Positions 18,347-27,109 of a DNA stretch of 32,000 nt are shown here, one piece after another (positions within the stretch are counted from its first letter, which is position 1; each line of letters starts with the position of its first letter). The translations under genes and the position numbers were made by a program. The notes under the pieces are model-generated. The model was given only the letters and a program-made list of their open reading frames with translations. It was not told where the DNA came from and did not search any database. This DNA comes from Nitrosospira multiformis ATCC 25196 (lineage in GTDB: Bacteria; Pseudomonadota; Gammaproteobacteria; Burkholderiales; Nitrosomonadaceae). The stretch covers positions 2,280,001 to 2,312,000 of the forward strand of contig NC_007614.1 of the NCBI RefSeq assembly GCF_000196355.1. Direction: 5' to 3'.

Positions 18347-18428
18347 CCTACTCGTTTCCCTCCTCCCAAAAACAGGGAAACGAATCCAATGCAACTCCCC
18401 TAGCCCGGTTCACGCCGGGCTTTTTTTG
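18347..18428 (+). ncRNA. Candidate small RNA: 5' hairpin with CU-rich (anti-SD-like) loop plus intrinsic terminator
   Basis: A TATACT -10-like hexamer sits at 18340-18345. Hairpin 1 is TCGTTTCCC (18352-18360) paired with GGGAAACGA (18375-18383), with loop TCCTCCCAAAAACA. The terminator is GCCCGG (18403-18408) paired with CCGGGC (18415-18420), followed by T7 at 18421-18427. There is no ORF. Confidence 0.3.
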
Positions 18429-18806
18429 CAGTTTTAAAAGAGAATCAATCCCTGGAATAACACCACTGAAACGACTTTTATTCACAGATAAGATAATCAG
18501 CAAAAGGATAGTATTGGCATGTGGGACGATAACGTGACGCCATTATCTGACCCACCCCAAGCCCTTTGTCCTATAGGGCTTGGGTTTGCCCAACCTCCCC
18601 AATCCCCTCAATGGTTATCTGTATAACCATATATCCAGGATATACTTTTTTAATTGTTGCCAGAAATTCGCGCAACATTCAAATAGATATGCCCCTCGCA
18701 TCATTCTTATCCGTTGAAGAACCCGGACTTCCAGATGCACAGATTTACACGTAATATTGCACTGCTGCCACCAGGAAGTCCGATAAACGCAAAATTTCCT
18801 CCGGTC

Positions 18807-19202
18807 TCAATCGTAATCACTTTGGGAAGAACTTGATCCCCCTCCAGCAGAACTCCTTTGAGTTGATCCGGTTTGCGTCTTCCCTTGGGATATCCAGTAG
18901 TCGCTGGCAGCGTCCTTGCCGTATACATGAGCGCTGATGCCTTGCGCCTTCCAGTAGTCAGCTGTCTGGTCTTTGCCGTAAATGTAGTTGTCCTGTGCTT
19001 GTGCAGAGTTGTCTTGCTTTTTGGATTGCGCAGTCTTTGATTGACCTGCAGATTTCTGTTCCTTTTTAGACGAACCGGATGACGAACTGCCGCTGTCAGC
19101 GGAAGAATTCTTTTCAGCTTGAACTAACGTAGCGGCTCCAAACGCCATAGTCGCGATCAAAATTGACCGTATCAAATTTCTAAAAACGAAATCATATCTC
19201 AT
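18807..19202 (-). CDS. Secreted Ser/Gln/Lys-rich repeat protein, function unknown
   Basis: A GAGG SD precedes the ATG. The signal peptide ends in ATLVQA. An internal repeat YGKDxxxDYWxxQG occurs twice, and the rest is low-complexity Ser/Gly-rich. Confidence 0.6.
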   Translation of the reverse strand: MRYDFVFRNLIRSILIATMAFGAATLVQAEKNSSADSGSSSSGSSKKEQKSAGQSKTAQSKKQDNSAQAQDNYIYGKDQTADYWKAQGISAHVYGKDAASDYWISQGKTQTGSTQRSSAGGGSSSSQSDYD

Positions 19203-19233
19203 AATCTACCTCACTCTGTTTAGCCGAATCGGG

Positions 19234-19267
19234 AATTAAACCTACAGCTGAATTAAACCTACAGCTG
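19234..19267. repeat. Perfect 17-bp tandem duplication AATTAAACCTACAGCTG x2
   Basis: 19234-19250 equals 19251-19267. Each unit ends in the palindrome CAGCTG, and a T-run follows. It sits in the divergent intergenic region between 18807..19202 (-) and ndh (+). Confidence 0.9.
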
Positions 19268-19432
19268 TTTTTTGACTTATTCCGTACGGTACCGCACACG
19301 TTCGCTTCAAACAGGCCCGCTCACTTTCTGGTGGATGAAGATCGAAAAATTACGCATCATGCTCGAACTGCTCCACATTGCGGCATTGAGAGAACTGCAG
19401 TTGCCTTCCTATTCATCTTTGTCAATTACCTC

Positions 19433-20719
19433 ATGATGAAAACCAAAATCGCCATTATTGGTGGGGGCTTTGCTGGACTGAACTTGGTCAAGCATTTGGC
19501 TGGAAAAGAGGAATTTGATGTGACGCTGGTTGACATGAATAACTATCATCTTTTTCCTCCGCTTCTGTACCAGGCTGCGACCGGCTTCCTGGACGTGTCC
19601 AATATTGCGTACCCCTTCCGAAAATTTTTCCATGACAAGGTGAACGTCCATTTCCGGCTGGGCAAGCTGCAAAAGGTGATGCCTGAAGGAAACAAGGTAC
19701 TCCTGTCCACGGGCGAGTTGGCCTACGATTGTCTTGTTCTCGCCACGGGCACCGAGCCCAATTATTTTGGCATCGAAAATATTCGCCGGGCAGCACTGCC
19801 GATGAAGACGGCCGATGATGCCATAGAAATACGAAATTACATGCTTCAAAAAATGGAAGAAGTAACTATTGAGGTTGACGAAATGAGGAGGAAAAAACTG
19901 TTTTCGGTCGTGATTGCCGGTGGTGGTCCCACGGGAGTGGAAATTGCGGGCATGTTGGCAGAGATGCGCAAGAGAATCCTCCACAGGGATTACCCTGAAT
20001 TGACCGGTCTCCAGCCACGGATTCACCTTGTTGACAGTGCGTCCGCTCTATTGGGCGCGATGAGCGTTCATTCGCAAAAATACACCTACGAAGTGCTGCT
20101 GAAGATGGGCGTTGAAATACATCTAAATACCCAGGTGAAGGATTACATAAACGATACAGTGATTTTCTCCGACGGAAAAACCCTTGAGACGCAAATCCTG
20201 CTGTGGACTGCCGGCGTGACAGGGAAGATATTCGAAGGCCTGCCCCACGAATGTTATGGACGAGGTAACCGCCTGCTGGTAAATGAATATAACAAAGTCA
20301 GCGGAACAAGGGACATCTACGCCATAGGCGATACTTGTCTGCTGACCTCGGATAGAAATTTTCCGCAGGGACATCCCCAGCTTGCACAAGTGGCGCTTCA
20401 GCAAGGCAGAAACCTGGCCGCCAATCTTGTTGCCGTCATCCGTAACCAACCTTTGACACCGTTTGCATACAATGACAAAGGATCTCTGGCCATTATCGGT
20501 AGAAACAAGGCCGTGGCCGACTTTCCCAAACCCGCCTTGCATCTCGAAGGATTCATGGCATGGGGAATCTGGCTATTTGTACACCTTTTTTCTCTTGTCA
20601 CTTATCGTAACCGGTTTATGACATTAGCAAACTGGGCAGTTGCTTTTTTCACCAAGGATCAATCCTTGAGAATGATTATCAGGCCTCGATCGGATCAACA
20701 GAGCAGCAGGAATGAATGA
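19433..20719 (+). CDS. ndh: Type II NADH dehydrogenase (NAD(P)/FAD-dependent oxidoreductase)
   Basis: The start MMKTKIAIIGGGFAGL gives the first Rossmann GxGxxG, and VVIAGGGPTGVE gives the second. There is a C-terminal membrane-association helix. The longer GTG-initiated ORF from 19331 was not used. Confidence 0.85.
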   Translation: MMKTKIAIIGGGFAGLNLVKHLAGKEEFDVTLVDMNNYHLFPPLLYQAATGFLDVSNIAYPFRKFFHDKVNVHFRLGKLQKVMPEGNKVLLSTGELAYDCLVLATGTEPNYFGIENIRRAALPMKTADDAIEIRNYMLQKMEEVTIEVDEMRRKKLFSVVIAGGGPTGVEIAGMLAEMRKRILHRDYPELTGLQPRIHLVDSASALLGAMSVHSQKYTYEVLLKMGVEIHLNTQVKDYINDTVIFSDGKTLETQILLWTAGVTGKIFEGLPHECYGRGNRLLVNEYNKVSGTRDIYAIGDTCLLTSDRNFPQGHPQLAQVALQQGRNLAANLVAVIRNQPLTPFAYNDKGSLAIIGRNKAVADFPKPALHLEGFMAWGIWLFVHLFSLVTYRNRFMTLANWAVAFFTKDQSLRMIIRPRSDQQSSRNE

Positions 20720-20906
20720 TTGCACACCCCTTGTTAACGCAAGGGGAAGGCCAGATACCTATCAAACGAGAAAATTGAAACTTTGTTCCAAACTGACATC
20801 CTTGCAGCAGCATCCCAGGATTACCATGACTACCCTGACATTGTGCCCTCTTTGCTGGGCGATTGATCCGGGAATTTAGAAACCTATCCTCACTCCTGTC
20901 CCAACC

Positions 20907-22298
20907 TTGCTTCCTTTTCCCTACGTCATCCTGGACCTGGAAACCACGGGCGGCACGCCCCTGCATGACCGCATCATCGAGATTGCGCTCATTCGTTTCG
21001 AGGAAGGAATGGAAAGCGAGCGTTGGGAAACGCTCGTTAATCCAGGCATATCCATTCCGCCTTTCATCACGCATCTGACCGGTATCAGCAACGGGATGGT
21101 AAAGGATGCGCCTTCCTTCGGGGATATCGCCCACCGGCTCTACGGTTTTCTTGATGGAGCGGTGCTGGCAGCGCATAACGTCCGCTTCGACTACGGATTC
21201 CTGAAGAACGAGTACCGGCGCATGGGCGCGCTGCTCCAGCACAGGGTATTGTGCACGGCCCGGCTTTCGCGCAAGCTCTATCCTCAGCACAAGGGTCATG
21301 GACTCGATGCCATCATGCAGCGTCATGGGCTAAAGACCGAGATGCGCCACCGGGCGATGGGGGACGTGGAGCTCGTCGCAGCCTATCTTGAGATGGCAAG
21401 GCGCGAGCTGGGTGCCCGGGAGGTACAAGAAGCGGCAGCCATCCTGCTGAAAGACCCAAGCCTGCCCGCAGGCCTGGATGCTTCGATTCTGGACCAGATT
21501 CCGGACAGGCCGGGTGTCTATTTCTTCTACGGCAAAAACGGCCTTCCCCTCTATATCGGCAAGAGCGTGACGCTGCGCTCCCGGGTCATGTCCCATTTCA
21601 GCGGCGACCATGCTTCGTTCAGCGACATGCGCATTGCCCAGGAGGTCGAGCGGGTCGAATGGATGGAAACAGCCGGGGAACTGGGCGCACTGCTGCTGGA
21701 GTCGAGGTTAATCAAGGAGCATCATCCCATCCACAACAAGCGATTGCGCCGCTCCCGCACGCTCTTTTCCCTGAAGCTGGGCGACGACTCGTACGAGGCT
21801 CCCCTGGTGAATATCGTGACGGAAGAGGATATCCACCCTGAGGTGTTCGGCGATCTGTACGGGCTCTTCCGCTCGAAAACAAAAGCGGTTGATGCACTGC
21901 GCGAGGTTGTCCGGGAGAACAGGTTGTGTCCCCGGGTGGTAGGCCTTGAGAATGGGAAGGGCGCGTGTTTCGCACACCAGTTGAAACGCTGTAACGGCGT
22001 CTGCGCGGGCAAGGAAGTGCCGCAACTGCATTACCTGCGCCTGAAACAGGCGCTGCTCCCCCTTAAGCTCAAATCATGGCCCTATCCCGGCAGGATCGGC
22101 ATACGGGAATACAATGCGTCGTCCGGCCGATCGGAAGTGCATGTCTTCCACTACTGGTGCCATCTGGGAACGGTGGACAACGAAGCCGGCCTGGACGATG
22201 TGCTGGGGACGCGCTCATCCATGAAGTTTGATCTCGATACCTACAAGCTGCTCCTAAAGACCCTGGGAAAGCAAACAGAGGTGATTACGTTTGGATAG
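20907..22298 (+). CDS. DnaQ-like DEDDh 3'-5' exonuclease fused to GIY-YIG/UvrC-N (Cho-like) nuclease
   Basis: Exo motifs ILDLETTG, AAHNVRFDYGFL and HRAMGDVE are present. The GIY-YIG motif is PGVYFFYGKNGLPLYIGKS, and a UvrC/Cho-type Cys region (CFAHQLKRCNGVCAG) follows. The start is TTG. Confidence 0.85.
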   Translation: MLPFPYVILDLETTGGTPLHDRIIEIALIRFEEGMESERWETLVNPGISIPPFITHLTGISNGMVKDAPSFGDIAHRLYGFLDGAVLAAHNVRFDYGFLKNEYRRMGALLQHRVLCTARLSRKLYPQHKGHGLDAIMQRHGLKTEMRHRAMGDVELVAAYLEMARRELGAREVQEAAAILLKDPSLPAGLDASILDQIPDRPGVYFFYGKNGLPLYIGKSVTLRSRVMSHFSGDHASFSDMRIAQEVERVEWMETAGELGALLLESRLIKEHHPIHNKRLRRSRTLFSLKLGDDSYEAPLVNIVTEEDIHPEVFGDLYGLFRSKTKAVDALREVVRENRLCPRVVGLENGKGACFAHQLKRCNGVCAGKEVPQLHYLRLKQALLPLKLKSWPYPGRIGIREYNASSGRSEVHVFHYWCHLGTVDNEAGLDDVLGTRSSMKFDLDTYKLLLKTLGKQTEVITFG

Positions 22299-22336
22299 AC
22301 TGTTTCTGGTGCGAAAATGGCTCTCGTATGCAGCCT

Positions 22337-22570
22337 TCATGCGCGCTCAAAACTTCCCTCCAGCCACAGCGCCATGAGCTGCTTGGAAATGTCGCGCAGA
22401 TCCCAGCGTGAGGGATCCAGGCTGTCCTTGTTTTCAAGCGAGATGCGATCTATCTTTGGATTATCTGGTGAGCGCGTCACTCTGGCCGTGACGCCGGATT
22501 GATGCACTGCCGTTCGGGAAATCATTTCAAGCGTCCAAAGTGAACGCCATGCCTCGTCATCCCTATCCAT
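22337..22570 (-). CDS. Hypothetical 77-aa protein
   Basis: A strong GGAGGA SD lies 9 nt upstream of the ATG at 22570. I recognise no family. Confidence 0.4.
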   Translation of the reverse strand: MDRDDEAWRSLWTLEMISRTAVHQSGVTARVTRSPDNPKIDRISLENKDSLDPSRWDLRDISKQLMALWLEGSFERA

Positions 22571-22750
22571 GCTATCCGCTCCTCCTGGCCGTTGCGCATC
22601 GTTCGTACGGCCAATTTAGAGCAAATAGCATTTTTCTTATGGGTGAAAAAATCCTGTTTTTTCCTGCCTTATCAGGGGATGGTTTTTCTCATTGCGAAAA
22701 TTCTGCCGCAATCCTGATTAGCGCAGAGCATTGCATAAGCTGCCATCGAT

Positions 22751-23434
22751 TCAATTGGCTTCTCGTGAGCCAGGACGAGTTGCAAGATGCACAAGCTCCA
22801 TGAGTCCGGGCAGGGTGGAGGCAGACTTGAGGGCATTCCGAAAAATTCCACAAATGACGGGGTCGATCTTGTACCGGAATTCACCAAGCCTGATCTCGCA
22901 TCCATCGTCTGCAACTGATGGGGCAGACTTATTGTGCCGGAAATCCCACGGTGCGACAGGCGCCACATCATTCCACAGTCCAATGCCCTTGAGACTGGCT
23001 GCCTTCTGAGCCTCGGCATAAAGCTGCTTATCAGCCCGCCGCAGATCTTTGTCATACTGTTTGTAATGCCATGCCAGCCCGGCCTTGATCTGCTTCAAGT
23101 TTACGTCCTGCCCATTCAGCAGCACTTTTCCCAAAATACGCTGATAGCGATCTTGCTTGTACCACTCCACGGCAACTGTTTTGCCAAACACCAGATCAGC
23201 CAGGTTTTGCCGGGATACGGTGCCAAACGGCTGTGCATGTTCAGGCGCATCGATTCCCAAAAGTCTGATCTTGTGCTGCCGGTTTGACTTGTCGAGGACT
23301 GTCAGGGTATCGCCATCGGCGATCTTGACCACGCGACCGCTCAACATTTCTGCTTGAGCGAGGCAGGTGCATGAGATATAGACAGCTAGGCCGGCTATTA
23401 ACCGGCTCAACTCAGCTAATCTATCCCGTGACAT
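22751..23434 (-). CDS. Secreted thermonuclease (SNase/micrococcal nuclease family) with about 60-aa C-terminal extension
   Basis: There is a signal-like N-terminus LIAGLAVYISCTCLAQA. The SNase pattern is GDTLTV...IRLLGIDAPE...DRYQRILG...GLW. The start overlaps the stop of the upstream HTH gene by 14 nt. Confidence 0.85.
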   Translation of the reverse strand: MSRDRLAELSRLIAGLAVYISCTCLAQAEMLSGRVVKIADGDTLTVLDKSNRQHKIRLLGIDAPEHAQPFGTVSRQNLADLVFGKTVAVEWYKQDRYQRILGKVLLNGQDVNLKQIKAGLAWHYKQYDKDLRRADKQLYAEAQKAASLKGIGLWNDVAPVAPWDFRHNKSAPSVADDGCEIRLGEFRYKIDPVICGIFRNALKSASTLPGLMELVHLATRPGSREAN

Positions 23435-23708
23435 TACACGTTACCTTGATGCTAGCCACTGCCTGTATGAAGCGCTCGGACGAGATGTCCTGCAGCTTGT
23501 AGCACCCAATCTGGGACGCTTTCGGCAGCGCCATGCCGGTGAGGCGAATGGTTGCTGTCTGACTTAAACCTCGCCTGCCTATCAGTTCGTTTAGCTTGAT
23601 CCCGAGGAGCGTCTTCGCCGATGGTTCCTCCCCACCGTCAAAACCGGGGTTGGTCAGCACATTATCGGTACCTTGAGAATGCTCTTTGTATGTCCTCATG
23701 ATCTCCAT
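23421..23708 (-). CDS. XRE-family HTH protein (HigA/antitoxin-like architecture)
   Basis: The segment LNELIGRRGLSQTATIRLTGMALPKASQIGCYKLQDISSERFIQAV matches the pattern of short XRE antitoxin-like regulators (GLTQ..AA..LGV.QP.VS.L..GK...FS...L). No toxin ORF fits in the 67 bp upstream. Confidence 0.7.
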   Translation of the reverse strand: MEIMRTYKEHSQGTDNVLTNPGFDGGEEPSAKTLLGIKLNELIGRRGLSQTATIRLTGMALPKASQIGCYKLQDISSERFIQAVASIKVTCNVTG

Positions 23709-23775
23709 TTATCCTAATATAGGGGCGAGCACTGCCTGCAATCGTTCTCCATCGACTGCCCGTCCGGTTGAGACG

Positions 23776-26037
23776 TCATAATTTGATGCGATTTAGCCGC
23801 AAGGCATTGGTCACGACCGATACGGAGCTCATTGCCATGGCAGCGCCAGCGAACATGGGCGAGAGCAGCAGCCCGAAGACGGGGTAAAGCACGCCCGCAG
23901 CGAGCGGTATGCCCAGCGCATTGTAGCCGAATGCGAAGACGAGGTTTTGCCGGATGTTGCGCATGGTGGCGCGCGACAGGGCGACGGCTCGTTCAATACC
24001 ACGCAGGTCTCCTTTGACAAGGGTCACCCCAGCGCTCTCCATTGCCACGTCAGTGCCAGTACCCATTGCGATACCGACATCAGCTTGCGCTAGCGCAGGC
24101 GCGTCATTGATGCCATCACCCGCCATGGCTACCTTATGCCCTTCAGCCTGTAACCGTTTAACATGATCGGCCTTGTCTGCCGGGAGTACCTCGGCCAGCA
24201 CTTCATCAATGCCAAGATATCGAGCGATCACATCGGCTGTGCGCCTTGAGTCCCCCGTGAGCATCACGACGCGCACGTCCAAGTGCTTAAGTACCGCGAT
24301 GGCTTCGGATGTGCCTTCCTTGACGGGATCGGCGACTGCTGCGATTCCAGCGGCAATTTCATTCACAGCGAAGAATACTACCGTTTTGGCCTGGGCACGC
24401 CAATCTTCTACTCGATGGTGCCAGGATTGCGTATCCACTCCGTGCAGCATGAGAAAATCGCGACTGCCCACGAGCACGCGCTTGCCGCCGACGTCGGCCT
24501 TGACGCCAAGCCCGTTGATCGCCTCGAAATTTTCCGGGGTCGGGAGATTTAAACCGCGGGCCTTGGCAGCCTCAGCGATTGCATGGGCAATGGGATGCTC
24601 GGAACGCTGCTCCACCCCTGCCACGAGTGCTACCGCCTCGTCTTGTTCCATGCCTTCTACGGCAAAATCAGTCAGTGTGGGACGCCCCAAGGTGAGGGTT
24701 CCCGTCTTGTCAACCACTACGGTGTCGATTTCACGCATCCGCTCGATCGCTTCAGCGTTGCGGAACAGGATACCCGCATGCGCACCCTGCCCCATCGCGA
24801 CCGTCATGGAGATAGGCGTGGCAAGGCCTACTGCGCAAGGACATGCAATGATGAGGACCGCAATGGCGTTGAGAAACGCATAGGTAAACCGGGGCTCAGG
24901 GCCCGCAACCCCCCAGGCAAGCGCGGTGATAACGGCGATAGCGATAACGATCTGGACAAAATACGCCGCGATCACATCGGCGAGTTTTTGGATCGGCGCG
25001 CGTGTGCGCTGCGCTTCTCCGACCATATGAACGATGCGTGCCAGCAGCGTGTCTGCACCCACCCGTTCGGCGCGTATTACCAATGAGCCATTGCTGTTGA
25101 TGGTGGCCCCGGTTACCTTATCGCCCGCTGCTTTAGCTACCGGCATGGGCTCGCCGGTAATCATCGATTCGTCCACTCGGCTTATCCCCTCAAGCACCGT
25201 GCCGTCGACTGGAATTTTTTCTCCGGGCTTTACACGCAATCGGTCGCCCACCCCAATCAAATCCAGTGAAACCTGCTCTTCCGTTCCATCATCACGCACA
25301 CGCCATGCCTGGTTAGGTGCCAACTTCAACAACTGCTGAATGGCTCGGCTGGTTTGCCCCATGGCTCGTGTCTGGAGATATTCACCCAGTATTACCAGGG
25401 TCGTAATGATGGCAGCGGCCTCAAAATATGTTCCCACGGCGCCATCGTGTTCCCTAAACTCCGGTGGGAACAAGCCGGGCAAGAATACGGCTGCCAGACT
25501 GAACAGATAGGCAAATGCGACTCCCAATCCGATCAGCGTATACATGTTGAGCGCGCGATGCACGAGCGAGAACCAGAATTTGCGCAGAATTGGCCATCCC
25601 ACCCACAACACAACCGGTGTAGCCAGGAAGAATTCAACCCATCCGCGCAAGCGCGGCTGTAGCCCGAACAAGTCATGGGCTCCAATCATGGGAGTCATCG
25701 CCGCCATTACAAGGGGAATCGATAGCACGACCCCCACCTTCAGCCGCTGCGCGAGATCTCGCAACTCTGAGTCGCCGGCTTCGCCTTCGCCAGTACCTGT
25801 GCCTGTGCCGACAAGGGGTACCAATACCATTCCGCAGATGGGGCAGTCGCCGGGTTCATCTTGGATGATCTCCGGGTGCATGGGGCAGGTCCATTGGCCG
25901 CCTGCTGCTGTCACCCCAGGGCTGGAAGGGATCGAATCGCTCCACTTCCCGTACTCATGAGCACTTGTTGGATGAGCAGAAACTCTATGATTACGAGCGC
26001 GTGTTTGATGCGAGGAATGATTTGGGCCTTCAGTCAT
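23776..26037 (-). CDS. copA: Cu(I)/Ag(I)-translocating P1B-type ATPase
   Basis: Motifs present are the CPC transmembrane metal site ([13 protein letters not shown]), DKTGTLT, ITGEP and GDGINDAP. The N-terminus is His-rich with a [20 protein letters not shown] heavy-metal-binding domain. Confidence 0.95.
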   Translation of the reverse strand: MTEGPNHSSHQTRARNHRVSAHPTSAHEYGKWSDSIPSSPGVTAAGGQWTCPMHPEIIQDEPGDCPICGMVLVPLVGTGTGTGEGEAGDSELRDLAQRLKVGVVLSIPLVMAAMTPMIGAHDLFGLQPRLRGWVEFFLATPVVLWVGWPILRKFWFSLVHRALNMYTLIGLGVAFAYLFSLAAVFLPGLFPPEFREHDGAVGTYFEAAAIITTLVILGEYLQTRAMGQTSRAIQQLLKLAPNQAWRVRDDGTEEQVSLDLIGVGDRLRVKPGEKIPVDGTVLEGISRVDESMITGEPMPVAKAAGDKVTGATINSNGSLVIRAERVGADTLLARIVHMVGEAQRTRAPIQKLADVIAAYFVQIVIAIAVITALAWGVAGPEPRFTYAFLNAIAVLIIACPCAVGLATPISMTVAMGQGAHAGILFRNAEAIERMREIDTVVVDKTGTLTLGRPTLTDFAVEGMEQDEAVALVAGVEQRSEHPIAHAIAEAAKARGLNLPTPENFEAINGLGVKADVGGKRVLVGSRDFLMLHGVDTQSWHHRVEDWRAQAKTVVFFAVNEIAAGIAAVADPVKEGTSEAIAVLKHLDVRVVMLTGDSRRTADVIARYLGIDEVLAEVLPADKADHVKRLQAEGHKVAMAGDGINDAPALAQADVGIAMGTGTDVAMESAGVTLVKGDLRGIERAVALSRATMRNIRQNLVFAFGYNALGIPLAAGVLYPVFGLLLSPMFAGAAMAMSSVSVVTNALRLNRIKL

Positions 26038-26917
26038 TTTCCACCCCTTAAAACCGTTCCTGAGCTACACCCAGCTACAATCTGAGATTCCCAGCAGATC
26101 GACAAGAGGATAGCTCGCCGTGAAACCTGCGCCAAGAGCCAGCGACAGCACGAAAGCGGCCGGCAGCAGCCAGATTTTGGCTCCACCAGTTTACGCTGCC
26201 CACAAACCCCTTGCCAGCATACGCAAATGGTCAAGTCCGCGTGGTGACTGCCTGAGGCCAGCTGTCAAACCTGAAATATCAAGACCGGTATGCGCACAGG
26301 CAGCGCTGGTGGCACCCCAGAAAACTGTCGTGCCCCCAAATTGTATTGCAGTTTTTTGCCTCATTTTTTCCAGTTTGAACTTTTATACTCATATTCCCCC
26401 CTAGCAAGTGGTTGGTTCAATTGTAGCCCCTGCTGCGCTTTCTGCTTAAAGTCACGGCAATATGTACGCTACTGACCAAGTTGACTCCCTTTTGATCTCT
26501 CGCTGGACTTAAAATCGTCCATCGGCTTACTGGGTTTGAAGCATTTTGTCTGAGCGAAGCACTCGGCTTTGACATACCAGAGAAGGATTATGCGCAACTC
26601 GTCACACTGGATAGCGCCGTCGAATATCTCTCTCGCCGCTCCTCCGCATTGTAAAAAACCTCCAAACTCTTCCTGCCGCGCTTTTAAGGAGGCCATGGTA
26701 CTCTGCTGCACCAAATCTGGTGTCGGAGCTCAGGGTGGAGGCCAAACGGATGCTCGCTCCGCATCCGGAAGATTCGTTTCCGTGTGCATCATGGGTATGT
26801 GGTACCGATCAAAATACTGCCGTGCAATGACGTAGAAGCCAAAGATTCCCCGCCTGCCCTCAAGCGACCATCCTGGGAGACGGGCCGCCTATTCCATTTA
26901 CTTGCCTCTGGAAGCTC

Positions 26918-27109
26918 ATGACTAACAAGTCTTATTCTGATATCACTTCCGAAATCAATCGTGGCATTTTAAATGCTGCGGCAAAGCGTCCCGGACGCAA
27001 TGGCAGGGTTCAACGCGATGGCACAGAGCGCCCTCAAACCGGGTGCCTTGTCCGAGGTGCATAAGGAACTGATAGCCCTTGCGATTGGCGTGGCGGGGCA
27101 CTGTGACGG
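26918..27109 (+). pseudogene. Carboxymuconolactone decarboxylase (AhpD-like) family gene, frameshifted and 3'-truncated by an IS end
   Basis: MTNKSYSDITSEINRGILN in frame 2 continues as LRQSVPDAMAGFNAMAQSALKPGALSEVHKELIALAIGVAGHCDG in frame 3, with the shift near 26970. The reading frame is cut at 27110, exactly where the IS terminal sequence TGATCTGCTT begins. Confidence 0.65.

Noticed and set aside
20747-20906. Search for an SOS (LexA) box upstream of the Cho-like gene.
   Set aside because: The only near match is CTG-N9-CAG (ACTGACATCCTTGCAGC), which has the wrong spacing and lacks the CTGT/ACAG ends.
20679-21326. 215-aa minus-strand ORF spanning the ndh 3' end, the intergenic region and the 5' part of the exonuclease/GIY-YIG gene.
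   Set aside because: It overlaps two well-supported plus-strand genes and has no SD or domain signature.
22609-22617. 9-bp match GCCAATTTA shared between 22.6 kb and 31.75 kb, considered as possible att direct repeats of the island.
   Set aside because: It is too short to be meaningful in 32 kb. The right copy overlaps the recombinase start codon region.
26484-26655. Plus-strand fragment reading ...FDLSLDLKIVHRLTGFEAFCLSEALGFDIPEKDYAQLVTLDSAVEYLSRRSSAL*, superficially like the C-terminal half of an acyl carrier protein.
   Set aside because: There is no start codon and stops lie upstream in frame. The phosphopantetheine Ser of the DSL motif is absent and the helix spacing does not fit ACP. 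At most it is an unidentifiable gene remnant.
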